Assembly (NCBI GenBank): GCA_965248535.1
Contig: CBDFJR010000005.1
Span: 96,001-160,000, forward strand
Source of the DNA: Phormidesmis sp.
Lineage (GTDB): Bacteria; Cyanobacteriota; Cyanobacteriia; Leptolyngbyales; Leptolyngbyaceae
Length of the DNA stretch: 64,000 nucleotides
Direction: 5' to 3'
Shown: in pieces, positions 31,932 through 41,749 of the stretch
Layout: every line of letters begins with the position of its first letter
How positions within the stretch are numbered: position 1 is the first letter of the stretch
Notes under the pieces: generated by a model
Seen by the model: only the letters and a program-made list of their open reading frames with translations
The model's database searches: none
What the model was told of the DNA's origin: nothing
Translations under genes and position numbers: made by a program

Positions 31932-32385
31932 ATAGTCTCTAACCTAACCAGAGATTGGTTTCTGGCTTTTTCTCACGGGTCTGAATTAAATTAAATAATG
32001 ACACAAGAATAGGTTTTTTGATGGAGTGTTGAAAGATGCACTCACAGCATTTGAGTTGCTTATACAGATCAACTCGACAACAAGCTTCTTTATCGATGGG
32101 AACGACCAGAACTTTTAAGCCTTGCAGCACAGGAAGCTGGCTAGCTGCCAGGAGAATCTCTTGCTGAATAGAGTTACAAGCTGTAGTGGTTATGAGCGGT
32201 GATCGGACTACAAGACGTTGCTCTTTCGCTAGTCCCTTTAGTCGTTACACTACCATGATCGGCCCAAAGGCAAATCTTAAAATAATCGTGTTGAGGGAGA
32301 AACGCGATCGTGTCCTACGCCACACGAATACTCAACCTCATTGTGGCTTAAGGCGGCTCTAATCTGTCTGCGTTTGAGATCATCT

Positions 32386-33144
32386 CTATAGCCGCAAAGC
32401 GTGACCACGCAACATCACCCGACTTGGCTCAACCTGAATCGTTGCCTCTTGGAGGGGGAGAACTCGGACAGAATGCGTGTGAACATTGACCTGATAAACT
32501 TTGCCATTATCAACATCTAACCCCGTCAGCCAACCGCTTTTGGGATGATAAGCGCCCGTATCGATGCCTAACCAGCCTTGCCCACGAGCGATCGCACCCG
32601 GCATCACACCCGGAAAGGTAAAGGTGATCGTGTGTCCTGTAATAATTAGCTTGTCGGCAAAATAGGGCTGAGGGCTGCTGTGAAACTCTTCTCGAATCCA
32701 GCAAAATTCATGGGAGGTTTGCTGCTCGATCGGGAGATTGGGATGAACACCTGCATGGACAAGCCAGAGATCACCCAGGTCTAAATAGTGAGGTAGGGTT
32801 CGCATCCACTCGACGTGCTCCAGCAAAACCCCAGCATCTCCATAGCTGGCAACGGTTGCTCGTCCGCCGCTTTGCAGCCAAGCTTGAAGGGCCGGAGAGA
32901 ACACTTGACCATTGGGAAACGATTCGAGCAATAGCTGCTCGTGGTTGCCGAGAATGCACTCATAGGAGCTTTTTTTGACAAACTCGACCACTTGAGCACT
33001 TTGCGGGCCGCGATCGATCAAATCGCCCAAAAAATATACCTGATCGTGAGAGCCGGGCGCGATCGTCTCTAGCAGCGCCATTAGCCCGTTGTAGTGACCA
33101 TGAATATCACCAATGACAATACGACGAGGAGGAGTAGAGTTCAT
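32386..33144 (-). CDS. Metallophosphoesterase (PPP-type Ser/Thr phosphatase); start ATG 33144
   Basis: GDIHG, GDLIDRG, GNHE, HAG, GHT and IDTG motifs. Confidence 0.92.
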   Translation of the reverse strand: MNSTPPRRIVIGDIHGHYNGLMALLETIAPGSHDQVYFLGDLIDRGPQSAQVVEFVKKSSYECILGNHEQLLLESFPNGQVFSPALQAWLQSGGRATVASYGDAGVLLEHVEWMRTLPHYLDLGDLWLVHAGVHPNLPIEQQTSHEFCWIREEFHSSPQPYFADKLIITGHTITFTFPGVMPGAIARGQGWLGIDTGAYHPKSGWLTGLDVDNGKVYQVNVHTHSVRVLPLQEATIQVEPSRVMLRGHALRL

Positions 33145-33401
33145 GCGATCGCCTTTCTGAGACAAGAGGGAGAATCTGAGCAAATTGTGCCTGACTTCTG
33201 CAAGCTGGCTTTTTTGAGGCTGGTCTGCCCTGCCCCATCAGAACTGGTGGTTTGAGTGTCTGTCCAGTATCAATACGACAGGTTAACCCGATGGGGAAAC
33301 CTCTGCTTGCGGTTAGCTTTACGGCCTAAGACGATTATGCCCTGATCGATCTAGCAATCTACCTTTCAAGTATTAGAAAACACAGGAACTCTGCGAAAAC
33401 T

Positions 33402-34127
33402 TCATCTTCCTAAAGCTCTCAAAAACTGTTGCAGACTAGAAAACAAATTCTGCTTAGGGGCCTGCGATCCCATCGCTTTGGACAAGATTTCGTCTAGCTT
33501 CTCAGAGTCGGGCTTGTCGCGCTCTTCGGCGATCGCTTCATAGACTCCATCGGTCTGAAGCCAAACCTGCCACGGAGACGGATAGCAGCGCATCAACGCA
33601 GTCTGATCATCAAGCGAGCGTAAGAAATAGCACGGCTCGATCGTGCTGAGAAAGCGATCGCGCAGTTTTCGCCCCGCATAGCCAATGCCAATCGTGGCCA
33701 CATCTTCTAAGCGAGGGTTGAGGATGACGATCGGGCGATCGCCTACCGCGTTACAAATCTGCTCAACGGGGGAGACTTCGACGGCACTCGGTGCAATAAA
33801 TAGATAAACTTTGTCATCTGGGTCGATGTAGTCTTCAACCTGGGTGGTTTGTCGTGACCCTGCCACATCTAAACTGCGAATCTGAAACGGCACGTCACCC
33901 CAATCTCGTTTTGCTAAGGCTGCGGTGCCCGCATCGGTGAAAAAAACTTTGAGACCCGCTCCTAAGTCGGCAAAGGTCGGCACAAACTTTTCGGCGACGG
34001 GCAGGGGTTTGAGTTCGGGAAACTGAAGCTCGATTTGCAGACGAGAATAGCCTGCGGCGATCGCTGCCTGGGTGGCAACTTGGGCTTGAGCGATCGCGTC
34101 GTCGAGAGTTTGGGGAAGTTGAGCCAT
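33402..34127 (-). CDS. DUF1995 family protein
   Basis: FFTDAGTAALAKRDW, ILNPRL and LMRCYPSPWQV. Confidence 0.8.
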   Translation of the reverse strand: MAQLPQTLDDAIAQAQVATQAAIAAGYSRLQIELQFPELKPLPVAEKFVPTFADLGAGLKVFFTDAGTAALAKRDWGDVPFQIRSLDVAGSRQTTQVEDYIDPDDKVYLFIAPSAVEVSPVEQICNAVGDRPIVILNPRLEDVATIGIGYAGRKLRDRFLSTIEPCYFLRSLDDQTALMRCYPSPWQVWLQTDGVYEAIAEERDKPDSEKLDEILSKAMGSQAPKQNLFSSLQQFLRALGR

Positions 34128-34245
34128 TACAAAAAGCTAGAAGGGATGAACTGCAACAAAAAGCAGATTTCTGGTCACAAAGAACGATTAAATAGGGATG
34201 GATTGATCTGCTTTCTCCTACACTACTACACCCCAAACCCTAACG

Positions 34246-35142
34246 ATGCTGAGTTCAACGAGAGAACTGCTAGAGACGGCACAACGAAACGTTTATGCGA
34301 TCGGAGCCTTTAATGTCTACAACCTCGAAGGCGTGAAGGCAGTGATCGGCGCGGCCGAGGCAGAACAGAGTCCGGCGATGCTGCAACTGCATCCAAGCGC
34401 GTTGGTGTATGGCGGGTTTCCGTTAGTGGCGCTGTGTTTAGAGGCAGCACGATCGTCGTTTATGCCGATCGCGGTTCATCTTGATCACAGCACATCAGTC
34501 GATGATATTCGCATGGCGCTCGATGCTGGAATGCTGTCAGTGATGGCGGATGGATCGCATTTGCCCTATGAACAAAATGTGATCTTTACTCAAGAAATGA
34601 CGCGGTTGGCGCACGAAAAAGGCGCGATCGTAGAGGCAGAGATCGGCAGAATTAGCGGCACTGAAGATGGTTTGAGCATTGCTGAAAAAGAAGCCAAGAT
34701 GACTGACCCTGATCAGGCAGTGGCGTTTATCAAAGCAACTCATGTAGATGCGTTAGCGGTGACGATCGGCAATGTGCACGGAGAGTATAAAAGTGAACCT
34801 CGATTAGACTTTGCCCGATTGGACAAGATTCATCGTTTGGTTAAGGTTCCTCTAGTGCTGCATGGAGCATCGGGTTTGTCAGAGGCTATGATCAGTCGCT
34901 CGATCGAGCTAGGGGTTTGCAAGTTTAACGTCAACACTGAAGTTAGACAGGCTTATATGCAAACGCTTCAGCAAGGGCTTTGTTCGGCTTCTCTTAAAGA
35001 TTTGCTCGACTCAATGGGGGCGGCGATCGCTTCAATGCAATCGGTTGTAGTGGAGAAGATGCGGCTATTTGGCTCGTCTGGCAAGGCCTATCTGCACCAA
35101 TCGCCCTATGCTGAGATGCTGGCAGCAAAGGGACACTATTAG
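34246..35142 (+). CDS. Class II ketose-bisphosphate aldolase (not the Calvin-cycle FbaA type)
   Basis: AFNVYNLE, HLDH, VEAEIG, GNVHG, LVLHGASG and KFNVNTE. Confidence 0.9.
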   Translation: MLSSTRELLETAQRNVYAIGAFNVYNLEGVKAVIGAAEAEQSPAMLQLHPSALVYGGFPLVALCLEAARSSFMPIAVHLDHSTSVDDIRMALDAGMLSVMADGSHLPYEQNVIFTQEMTRLAHEKGAIVEAEIGRISGTEDGLSIAEKEAKMTDPDQAVAFIKATHVDALAVTIGNVHGEYKSEPRLDFARLDKIHRLVKVPLVLHGASGLSEAMISRSIELGVCKFNVNTEVRQAYMQTLQQGLCSASLKDLLDSMGAAIASMQSVVVEKMRLFGSSGKAYLHQSPYAEMLAAKGHY

Positions 35143-35200
35143 TGACTAGCCGATGAAGCTGACGACGATCGCACCTTGACAACCTGAAGCTGAGACGGGT

Positions 35201-36004
35201 TTAAAGCGGTTTGAACAAACTTGATGGATTCAGGCTGTCTTGAAATTCTGAGAAGGTGGCAAACTTGCCGTAGGGTTTGATCCAACGAATATAGTTTTCT
35301 AAGCGATCGAGCATGGCCTGCCCTGAGTGTCGCGTGATGTAGCCTGGCAGCGAATAGCCGCGAATGTTGGTAAACTCCCAGGGATGAAAATATAAGTTTA
35401 GATAAGCATCCCAATCTAGCGTTCGTTTAGACGCAAGTTTGTAGAACCAGAGCGGAAAGTTTTTGAAGCTTAACCAAAAGAGCGGAAACCGAATCAATGG
35501 AGTCACTGACACAGGAATATTAAGCAATTGATCGGAATAATAGGGCGTTCTTTTTTGAAAGAAATTGTTATATCGACCCGGTAAATAAGTCGGATTCATT
35601 GAAGAGTTATAGAGATATCCAGCTTGTTGAATATCTCTGTCTTTTACAGGTTTAAGTCTTGCCATTCTAAACCCCGTGATGGGCTGATTGACGATCGCTT
35701 CTAACGCTTTTTTAGACGCTGCTAAATCTTTTATCTCAAAGGATGAATGATAAAAACCATGAGACGCAATCTCGTGTTTTTTGGCGATCTCAAGCAGTTT
35801 TGAGGGATGGTGGATCGCAAAGTTTGCAGTTACAAAAAACGTTGCTTTGACCTGTAGCCGATCCAAGAGCGCTAAAACAGGATCTAATCCTTGGGAAGAG
35901 ACGTTGAATTTGAGACTTTCATCTAGCGATCGTCCATAGTCTTCGGGCACGTCAAACTCTTCTAGATCGAAACTTAAGAGAATTAGTTTATTCATCAACT
36001 GCAT
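35201..36004 (-). CDS. Polysaccharide deacetylase family protein
   Basis: LSFDLEEFD, ATFFVT, HEIASHGFYH and YFHPWEF. Confidence 0.88.
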   Translation of the reverse strand: MQLMNKLILLSFDLEEFDVPEDYGRSLDESLKFNVSSQGLDPVLALLDRLQVKATFFVTANFAIHHPSKLLEIAKKHEIASHGFYHSSFEIKDLAASKKALEAIVNQPITGFRMARLKPVKDRDIQQAGYLYNSSMNPTYLPGRYNNFFQKRTPYYSDQLLNIPVSVTPLIRFPLFWLSFKNFPLWFYKLASKRTLDWDAYLNLYFHPWEFTNIRGYSLPGYITRHSGQAMLDRLENYIRWIKPYGKFATFSEFQDSLNPSSLFKPL

Positions 36005-36019
36005 GGCTCTGGGTTGCTC

Positions 36020-36673
36020 TTAATTTTCCCATCTCCAGTTGGGACGGTTCCATTCATAAACGCCTTGAATTTCATATTCATTGCCATTCTCAAAACGAAC
36101 GGTGCAGTGGGTGCTGGTTTGGCTTTCGGCAACGCCCTCTTTATAAAGAGGACTTTGGGTTTCTGTGAGGCTAATCACCGTGCAGACAAACCACTCGCGG
36201 ACACAGGGGCCGGTGTCTTGCACCCATTCCCATAGCCCGTTAGATAACTCTATACGATCGCCGACTTTGAGCAATTGGGTCGATTCTTCATAAGCAGCGA
36301 GATCAGAGGAGCTAATCGTTTCTAGCCACTGAAGCCCTAGGGAATCGCGAATGAACTGCACTGTGCCCGAAGCGCGATCGTGCAGCCAATCATTGAGCAG
36401 TGTGGTCTTCCAAGATTTGTTTTGCTGCTCTTGATCGTGAATAAATTCAAACAGGGCTTGACGTTGTTCGGCGGTCAAGGCAGCTAGCGGATTGATCGCT
36501 GAGAGTGGCTCAGGGGATGGCTCACACTGGGATTGTCTCAACGCAGCCAATAAGATCTGCTGTTGAGCAGCGTTTAAAGGATGTCCAGCCGTTTCACAGT
36601 GACGAAAGGCAGTTTGCAAGGCTGCTTCGATCTCAGCTTGGGTCATGGGCAAATCGATAGAGAGAGCGGGCAC
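36020..36673 (-). CDS. Conserved hypothetical protein
   Basis: 217-aa ORF; C-terminal SH3-like segment LKVGDRIELSNGLWEWVQ. Confidence 0.7.
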   Translation of the reverse strand: MPALSIDLPMTQAEIEAALQTAFRHCETAGHPLNAAQQQILLAALRQSQCEPSPEPLSAINPLAALTAEQRQALFEFIHDQEQQNKSWKTTLLNDWLHDRASGTVQFIRDSLGLQWLETISSSDLAAYEESTQLLKVGDRIELSNGLWEWVQDTGPCVREWFVCTVISLTETQSPLYKEGVAESQTSTHCTVRFENGNEYEIQGVYEWNRPNWRWEN

Positions 36674-36793
36674 ATGAAGTTTAACGGATGGTGTCGTCTC
36701 GTGATTTTAGAGGGCTGTGACCAGAACTCTAAATCCGTTATTGCCTTTAATTATGGCAGAAGTGTTGTTTGGCTTACATCGGTTGAGTGAGGT

Positions 36794-37123
36794 CTAATAG
36801 CGCGATCGCTCTGTGAGCAATTTATAACCACTCACGAGGGCTGCAAAGGCGATCATAAAGTTCCAAAGGCTAGTGGGTTGAAGAAATACGCCACCACTCA
36901 AGAAGACTAGTAGAATTCCTGCCATTAATAACACCCAGCCAAACGTTCCGGTTTCTCTAGGAAAGCAAACCAGAGAAATGGTGCCTCCTGCTACACATAA
37001 AACAGACCCGATCGCGGGCATGCTTCGCCAAAAATAGGGGGAGTAGTAGGTAGAAAACATAATGTCTTTACCCAGGAAATAAGTTCCTGCAAGCACTAAG
37101 AGAATCCCGAATAACTTACGCAT
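36794..37123 (-). CDS. Small four-helix membrane protein
   Basis: 109-aa hydrophobic ORF. Confidence 0.7.
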   Translation of the reverse strand: MRKLFGILLVLAGTYFLGKDIMFSTYYSPYFWRSMPAIGSVLCVAGGTISLVCFPRETGTFGWVLLMAGILLVFLSGGVFLQPTSLWNFMIAFAALVSGYKLLTERSRY

Positions 37124-37189
37124 GGTTGATTGTAATGACTGAATCTCATTTAGACATCAGATAGAGAGATCTGGAATCCGGATAAATGC

Positions 37190-38038
37190 TCAAGATTGTT
37201 CTAAAAGCGAGAGTGCTAGTTGATAAATCTGTCGTCGTGGCAGTGAAGTCTGTTGAGCAAGTTGACGGCTGGCATCAGAGCGAGAAAGCCCTTGATCGAG
37301 CAAACTTTGAAGCTCAGACTTTAAAGTGGCTTCTGATAAGACAAGTTGCACCGACTCAGCGCCAGAAACGACGATCGTATATTCTCCTTGGGGTTCGCGT
37401 GTGAGATAAAGCGCGATCGCGTCTGCAACGGTGCCGCGCCAAAATTCTTCGTGCAGTTTGGTGAGTTCTCGCGCCAATGTGATGGCGCGATCGCGTCCCA
37501 ACGTTTCTGCTAAATCTTGCAAGGTAGCTCTCAATCGATGGGGCGATTCATAAAAAACCAGCGTCCGCGATTCAGAGCGCAGGCTGTCTAAGTGGATGCG
37601 ACGAGCTTGACTTTTAGCAGGCAAAAATCCTTCAAAGATAAAGCGATCGCTGGGCAACCCCGATGCACTTAAAGCCGTGATCACCGCGCTGGCTCCAGGA
37701 ATGGGCACAATGGTAATCGCTTCATCAGCACAGGCTTTGACCAACTCATAACCCGGATCAGAGATTCCGGGCATTCCGGCATCACTCACTAGGGCGATCG
37801 AGCGTCCTTGCTGCAATTTTGACAGTAGCTCTGCGGTGCGAGTTGTGAGATTGTGTTCGTGATAGCTGATCTGAGGAGTTTTAATTTGAAAGTGGTGCAG
37901 CAGTTTGCCTGTATGACGAGTGTCTTCGGCCGCAATCAAATCAACGGTTTGCAAGATTCGCACGGCTCGAACGGTCATATCTTCAAGATTGCCGATCGGG
38001 GTGCCAACAATATAAAGGGTTCCAGCGTTTGCATCCAT
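37190..38038 (-). CDS. rsmI: 16S rRNA C1402 2'-O-methyltransferase (start ATG 38038)
   Basis: TPIGNLEDMT, AAEDTR, SDAGMPGISDPG, YESPHR and ARELTKLHEE. Confidence 0.96.
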   Translation of the reverse strand: MDANAGTLYIVGTPIGNLEDMTVRAVRILQTVDLIAAEDTRHTGKLLHHFQIKTPQISYHEHNLTTRTAELLSKLQQGRSIALVSDAGMPGISDPGYELVKACADEAITIVPIPGASAVITALSASGLPSDRFIFEGFLPAKSQARRIHLDSLRSESRTLVFYESPHRLRATLQDLAETLGRDRAITLARELTKLHEEFWRGTVADAIALYLTREPQGEYTIVVSGAESVQLVLSEATLKSELQSLLDQGLSRSDASRQLAQQTSLPRRQIYQLALSLLEQS

Positions 38039-38065
38039 AAAGGCGATCGTAGCGTGTAGAGGCTC

Positions 38066-38950
38066 ATGAAAAGACACGGACTTTTTATCGGCATGGTCAC
38101 CCTTGATCTGATTTATCTCGTCGAGCAAATGCCCGATCGCAATCAGAAAATTGCGGCGCTCAAGTCTACGATCGCGGCAGGGGGCCCAGCGACTAATGCA
38201 GCCATTGCCTTTAGCCATTTAGAAAACACTGCCACCCTTTTAGGAGCGGTGGGTGCCCATCCGGTCAGTCATTTGATTTTGGCAGATTTGCAGCAGTGTG
38301 GCGTGACGATCGTGGATCTTGTCCCCGATCGCATTGATTCGCCTCCAGTCTCATCGATCATCGTCACTCAATCAACCGGAGAGCGGGCAGTAGTGGCAAT
38401 GCCTGCGGTTAAGTCTCCCATTGATACAAGCTTATCCATCAGCTTAGATAGTGTTGATATTGTCTTAATCGATGGACATCAGATCGAGGCGAGTGTGGCG
38501 ATCGCTCAACGCGCAAGCCAGCGAGAGATTCCGGTAGTCATAGATGGCGGCAGTTGGAAACCGGGATTTGAACAACTATTGCCTTGGGTCGATTATGCAA
38601 TCTGTTCTGCAAACTTTTATCCGCCTAGTTGTGATACTTCTGAGCAAGTGTTGAGCTATCTCTCTAAAGAGGGAATTGCTCACATTGCAATCACTCAGGG
38701 AGAAGGCGCGATCGAGGTTTTCAGTCAAGGCGTGAGAGGCACGATCGACGTTCCTAAGACTCAAGTAATAGACACGCTCGGTGCAGGCGACATTTTTCAT
38801 GGTGCTTTTTGCCATTTTATTTTGCAGTCTGACTTTTCTAGCGCGTTGACTGAGGCGGCTCAAGTTGCTGCTTATTCTTGCCAGTTTTTTGGCACTCGTG
38901 AATGGATGTGGGCGAAACGTGGGTCAATGAAGCTGAAACCGATCCGTTAA
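38066..38950 (+). CDS. PfkB-family sugar kinase (ketohexokinase-like)
   Basis: AGGPATNAA and DTLGAGDIFHG. Confidence 0.9.
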   Translation: MKRHGLFIGMVTLDLIYLVEQMPDRNQKIAALKSTIAAGGPATNAAIAFSHLENTATLLGAVGAHPVSHLILADLQQCGVTIVDLVPDRIDSPPVSSIIVTQSTGERAVVAMPAVKSPIDTSLSISLDSVDIVLIDGHQIEASVAIAQRASQREIPVVIDGGSWKPGFEQLLPWVDYAICSANFYPPSCDTSEQVLSYLSKEGIAHIAITQGEGAIEVFSQGVRGTIDVPKTQVIDTLGAGDIFHGAFCHFILQSDFSSALTEAAQVAAYSCQFFGTREWMWAKRGSMKLKPIR

Positions 38951-39033
38951 TGGGAATAAGGTTACTCTATGGCTACGACGTGCGAATTCACACCATCGAA
39001 GGTGGCACAGTTACGATCGCAGCATTGAAGTAG
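38923..39033 (+). pseudogene. Remnant resembling the C-terminus of a clan AA aspartic protease
   Basis: Hand translation VNEAETDPLMGIRLLYGYDVRIHTIEGGTVTIAALK-stop; family recognised from memory only. Confidence 0.55.
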
Positions 39034-39071
39034 TTAACGTTAATGAGTTAGCTTTGGTTCTCTGCCCATAA

Positions 39072-39965
39072 GTGAGGAGGTTTGATTTGGATGCTTTGCC
39101 TCGTGATCTGCAAGAAACTCTCACGATCGCTCGATCGATCGGCTGGGGCGCTGCCGCCATTCTCTTAGAAGCACAACGCACCTCCTTTAGCATTGAGCAA
39201 GCGGGTGAAAGTCCAGTTACCACCGCAGACCTCGCTGCCAATCAATACATTCTCGATAACCTGCAAGCCGCGTTAGGCATCCAAGACTTTGCCTATTTAA
39301 GCGAAGAGACCTTTCACTCACAGCCACTATCAGCCCGCCTTAACCGCCCCTGGGTGTGGATTATTGATCCCCTAGACGGCACCAAAGACTTCATCAACCG
39401 CACTGGAGAATATGCCGTTCACATTGCCTTAACCCATCAAGGTCGTCCAGTTTTAGCCGTGGTTGCCTGTCCCGAAAAAGAGAAGCTTTACTATGCGACC
39501 CTGGGCGGTGGTGCATTTGTTGAAACCCGTGTAGCAAAAACCTTTCACACTCAACCCGTTAAAGTCTCCACAAAAGACAAGCCCGAAGACTTAACGATCG
39601 TGGCCAGTCGCAATCATCGAGACGAGCGATTTAACCAACTCATGCAGCACTTTCCCTGCAAAGATCAGCGTCAAGTGGGCAGTGTTGGCGGCAAGATTGC
39701 AGCGATCGTGGAGCAGCAAGCCGATGTCTACCTCTCGCTCTCTGGCAAATCTGCCCCCAAAGACTGGGATTTTGCCGCCCCAGAGCTAATCTTGACCGAA
39801 GCAGGCGGAAAATTTACCCACTTTGACGGGTCGCTGTTGCACTATAACCAAGCAGATGTCAGTCAATGGGGCGGCATTTTAGTGAGCAACGGGCAGTGTC
39901 ACGAAGCGTTGTGTAACCAAGCCATGAGTCTCTTAGCGGCGATCGATCAATCCCCAACCCTTTAA
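39072..39965 (+). CDS. cysQ: 3'(2'),5'-bisphosphate nucleotidase (inositol monophosphatase family)
   Basis: PVTTADL, LSEE, WIIDPLDGTKDF and KDWDFAA. Confidence 0.88.
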   Translation: MRRFDLDALPRDLQETLTIARSIGWGAAAILLEAQRTSFSIEQAGESPVTTADLAANQYILDNLQAALGIQDFAYLSEETFHSQPLSARLNRPWVWIIDPLDGTKDFINRTGEYAVHIALTHQGRPVLAVVACPEKEKLYYATLGGGAFVETRVAKTFHTQPVKVSTKDKPEDLTIVASRNHRDERFNQLMQHFPCKDQRQVGSVGGKIAAIVEQQADVYLSLSGKSAPKDWDFAAPELILTEAGGKFTHFDGSLLHYNQADVSQWGGILVSNGQCHEALCNQAMSLLAAIDQSPTL

Positions 39966-39974
39966 GCTCAGTGC

Positions 39975-40625
39975 TTAGATCTCGGTTCGGGTGGCAATCA
40001 CCGCATAAAAAGGATCACCGCCCGGCATTCCAAACAGTTGAAACAAGCTCGGCGTTTGAGATTCCTTGATCACAACTTCTGGTTCTGTAAAGCCAGGCAC
40101 CGCCTTAAAATAGCGCTTGACTAGCTCAACTCGACTCGCTTCAGACCCATCTCGCCAAGCCGCGATCGCTTTCTGATAAAACATTCGATTTGAGAAACTA
40201 ATGATGGCAATGCCCCCCGGTTTGAGAATGCGATGAATCTCAGTAAAAATCGCTTCAGGGTATTGCACATATTGCACAGACACCGTGTTGAGCACTGCAT
40301 CAAACGATTGATCGTCTAAGGGCAGTTTGGGATCTTGATTGAGATTTTGCACAAAATAGTGATCAAACCGAGGGTTCCGCGCTAGCTCTTCGCCATTCAA
40401 GCCGTGCCCTTCTACATGAGCAAACTTCAAGTCTTCGGGCAGATGAGACACCCAACTGCTCATCAAGTCAAAAATGCGAGTGTTGGATTTTAATCGCGAT
40501 CGATACAAATCAGTCAATTGCTGAATAAAGCCTTCGTCTACATGAGTGACAAACCGAGGGACATCATAAAACAGCCGATCGTCCGCATCGTCAAGTTTGG
40601 TGCGCTGGTTTGAGTTGAGCAACAT
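39975..40625 (-). CDS. Class I SAM-dependent methyltransferase
   Basis: PRFVTHVD, FDLMSSWVSHLP, SFDAVLNTVSVQY and ILKPGG. Confidence 0.88.
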   Translation of the reverse strand: MLLNSNQRTKLDDADDRLFYDVPRFVTHVDEGFIQQLTDLYRSRLKSNTRIFDLMSSWVSHLPEDLKFAHVEGHGLNGEELARNPRFDHYFVQNLNQDPKLPLDDQSFDAVLNTVSVQYVQYPEAIFTEIHRILKPGGIAIISFSNRMFYQKAIAAWRDGSEASRVELVKRYFKAVPGFTEPEVVIKESQTPSLFQLFGMPGGDPFYAVIATRTEI

Positions 40626-40733
40626 GATAATCAACCGCAGAGCTAAGAATTTTGTATAAAGTTATGTTAACAAATTCAAGGCAGCTCTCATCCTTCCCAT
40701 TAAAGAGTTTCGCGTCTCAAAGCGCTTTAAACC

Positions 40734-41660
40734 CTACGTGGCTCTAATCACCTCCCCGATCGTTTTTGACACCACCTCATTAGTCCAATAGCTGCCGTGA
40801 GCGTCACCTCCCCACAAAACCGGAATCAACCGTTGCTGAAAGGGTCGATTAAAAAAATTACCTTTGTCAGTAATCACATCCTGAGTTTCAACATAGTGAC
40901 TCGCATCATTCAGCAATAAAGGAATCACCCCCTCTAAGGGATAAGCGATCGGGTCGCCAGGGTGAGAAAAATTTCGCCAGGGAATTGACTTCTTCCTCAA
41001 GGCATAAAGCTGTTCTAACAAGTTTTTGAAATTGGGCGACAGGTCATGAGTGCTGACACCGCCCAACGTGCCGCTAATCGTCAACAAGCTAAACAAAGAA
41101 ATCGGAGAACCCATCGTGTGAATGCTGGCGATCGGAATGCCCGATCCGGCGATCGGAGGCAACCCAAATAACGCATTCCGAATATCTTGCACCGTCTGCC
41201 GAATCCCAGAATCAAGTCGTGGGTCTTCCCATCGAGCCGCAAACAGCAAGTCAAAGAGAATCACCGTTCCCCAGCTATGAGTCACCAGATGCAAGCGATC
41301 GTTAGAGGTCGTGTTTTGCAAAACCCCCAACACATCTCGCTCAAATCGCTGCACAACCTGAGAGCCAACGTGCCGACTCAAATAAAGAGCCGCATCGCCC
41401 ACAAACCCTAAAACCTGCTGAGTGCGAAAGTCTTGAAACCAAAAATCTTGCCACTTAGACGAGGCTTTAAAGCCATTAAACAGTTCATCTTGAGCCGATT
41501 GATTTAAGTCTCCCCAGAAGAACACGATCGGTTTTAACACTCTCGACTGATCGCGCACCGCTGACTGAATGCGATTAAACAAGCCATCTGCCAACGCTTT
41601 AAAGTCTTCTTGTTTGCGAGTTTTAACGCCATGAACAAACAAAATATAATCCGTTGCCAT
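40734..41660 (-). CDS. Alpha/beta hydrolase-like (lipase-like) protein
   Basis: FVHGV, VTHSWG elbow, TMGSP, GDPIAYP and AHGSYW. Confidence 0.75.
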   Translation of the reverse strand: MATDYILFVHGVKTRKQEDFKALADGLFNRIQSAVRDQSRVLKPIVFFWGDLNQSAQDELFNGFKASSKWQDFWFQDFRTQQVLGFVGDAALYLSRHVGSQVVQRFERDVLGVLQNTTSNDRLHLVTHSWGTVILFDLLFAARWEDPRLDSGIRQTVQDIRNALFGLPPIAGSGIPIASIHTMGSPISLFSLLTISGTLGGVSTHDLSPNFKNLLEQLYALRKKSIPWRNFSHPGDPIAYPLEGVIPLLLNDASHYVETQDVITDKGNFFNRPFQQRLIPVLWGGDAHGSYWTNEVVSKTIGEVIRAT

Positions 41661-41749
41661 ATAAAACCACTCCTAAAAGCGAGGTTTATCTGCTCTAGAG
41701 GATAATGCGGATAGAAGCCAACGATCGTGATATTTTGTCGCGATTCGTT

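Noticed and set aside
38039..38218. rsmI overlapping pfkB head-to-head
   Set aside because: Artefact of longest-ORF calling; RsmI homology starts at ATG 38038
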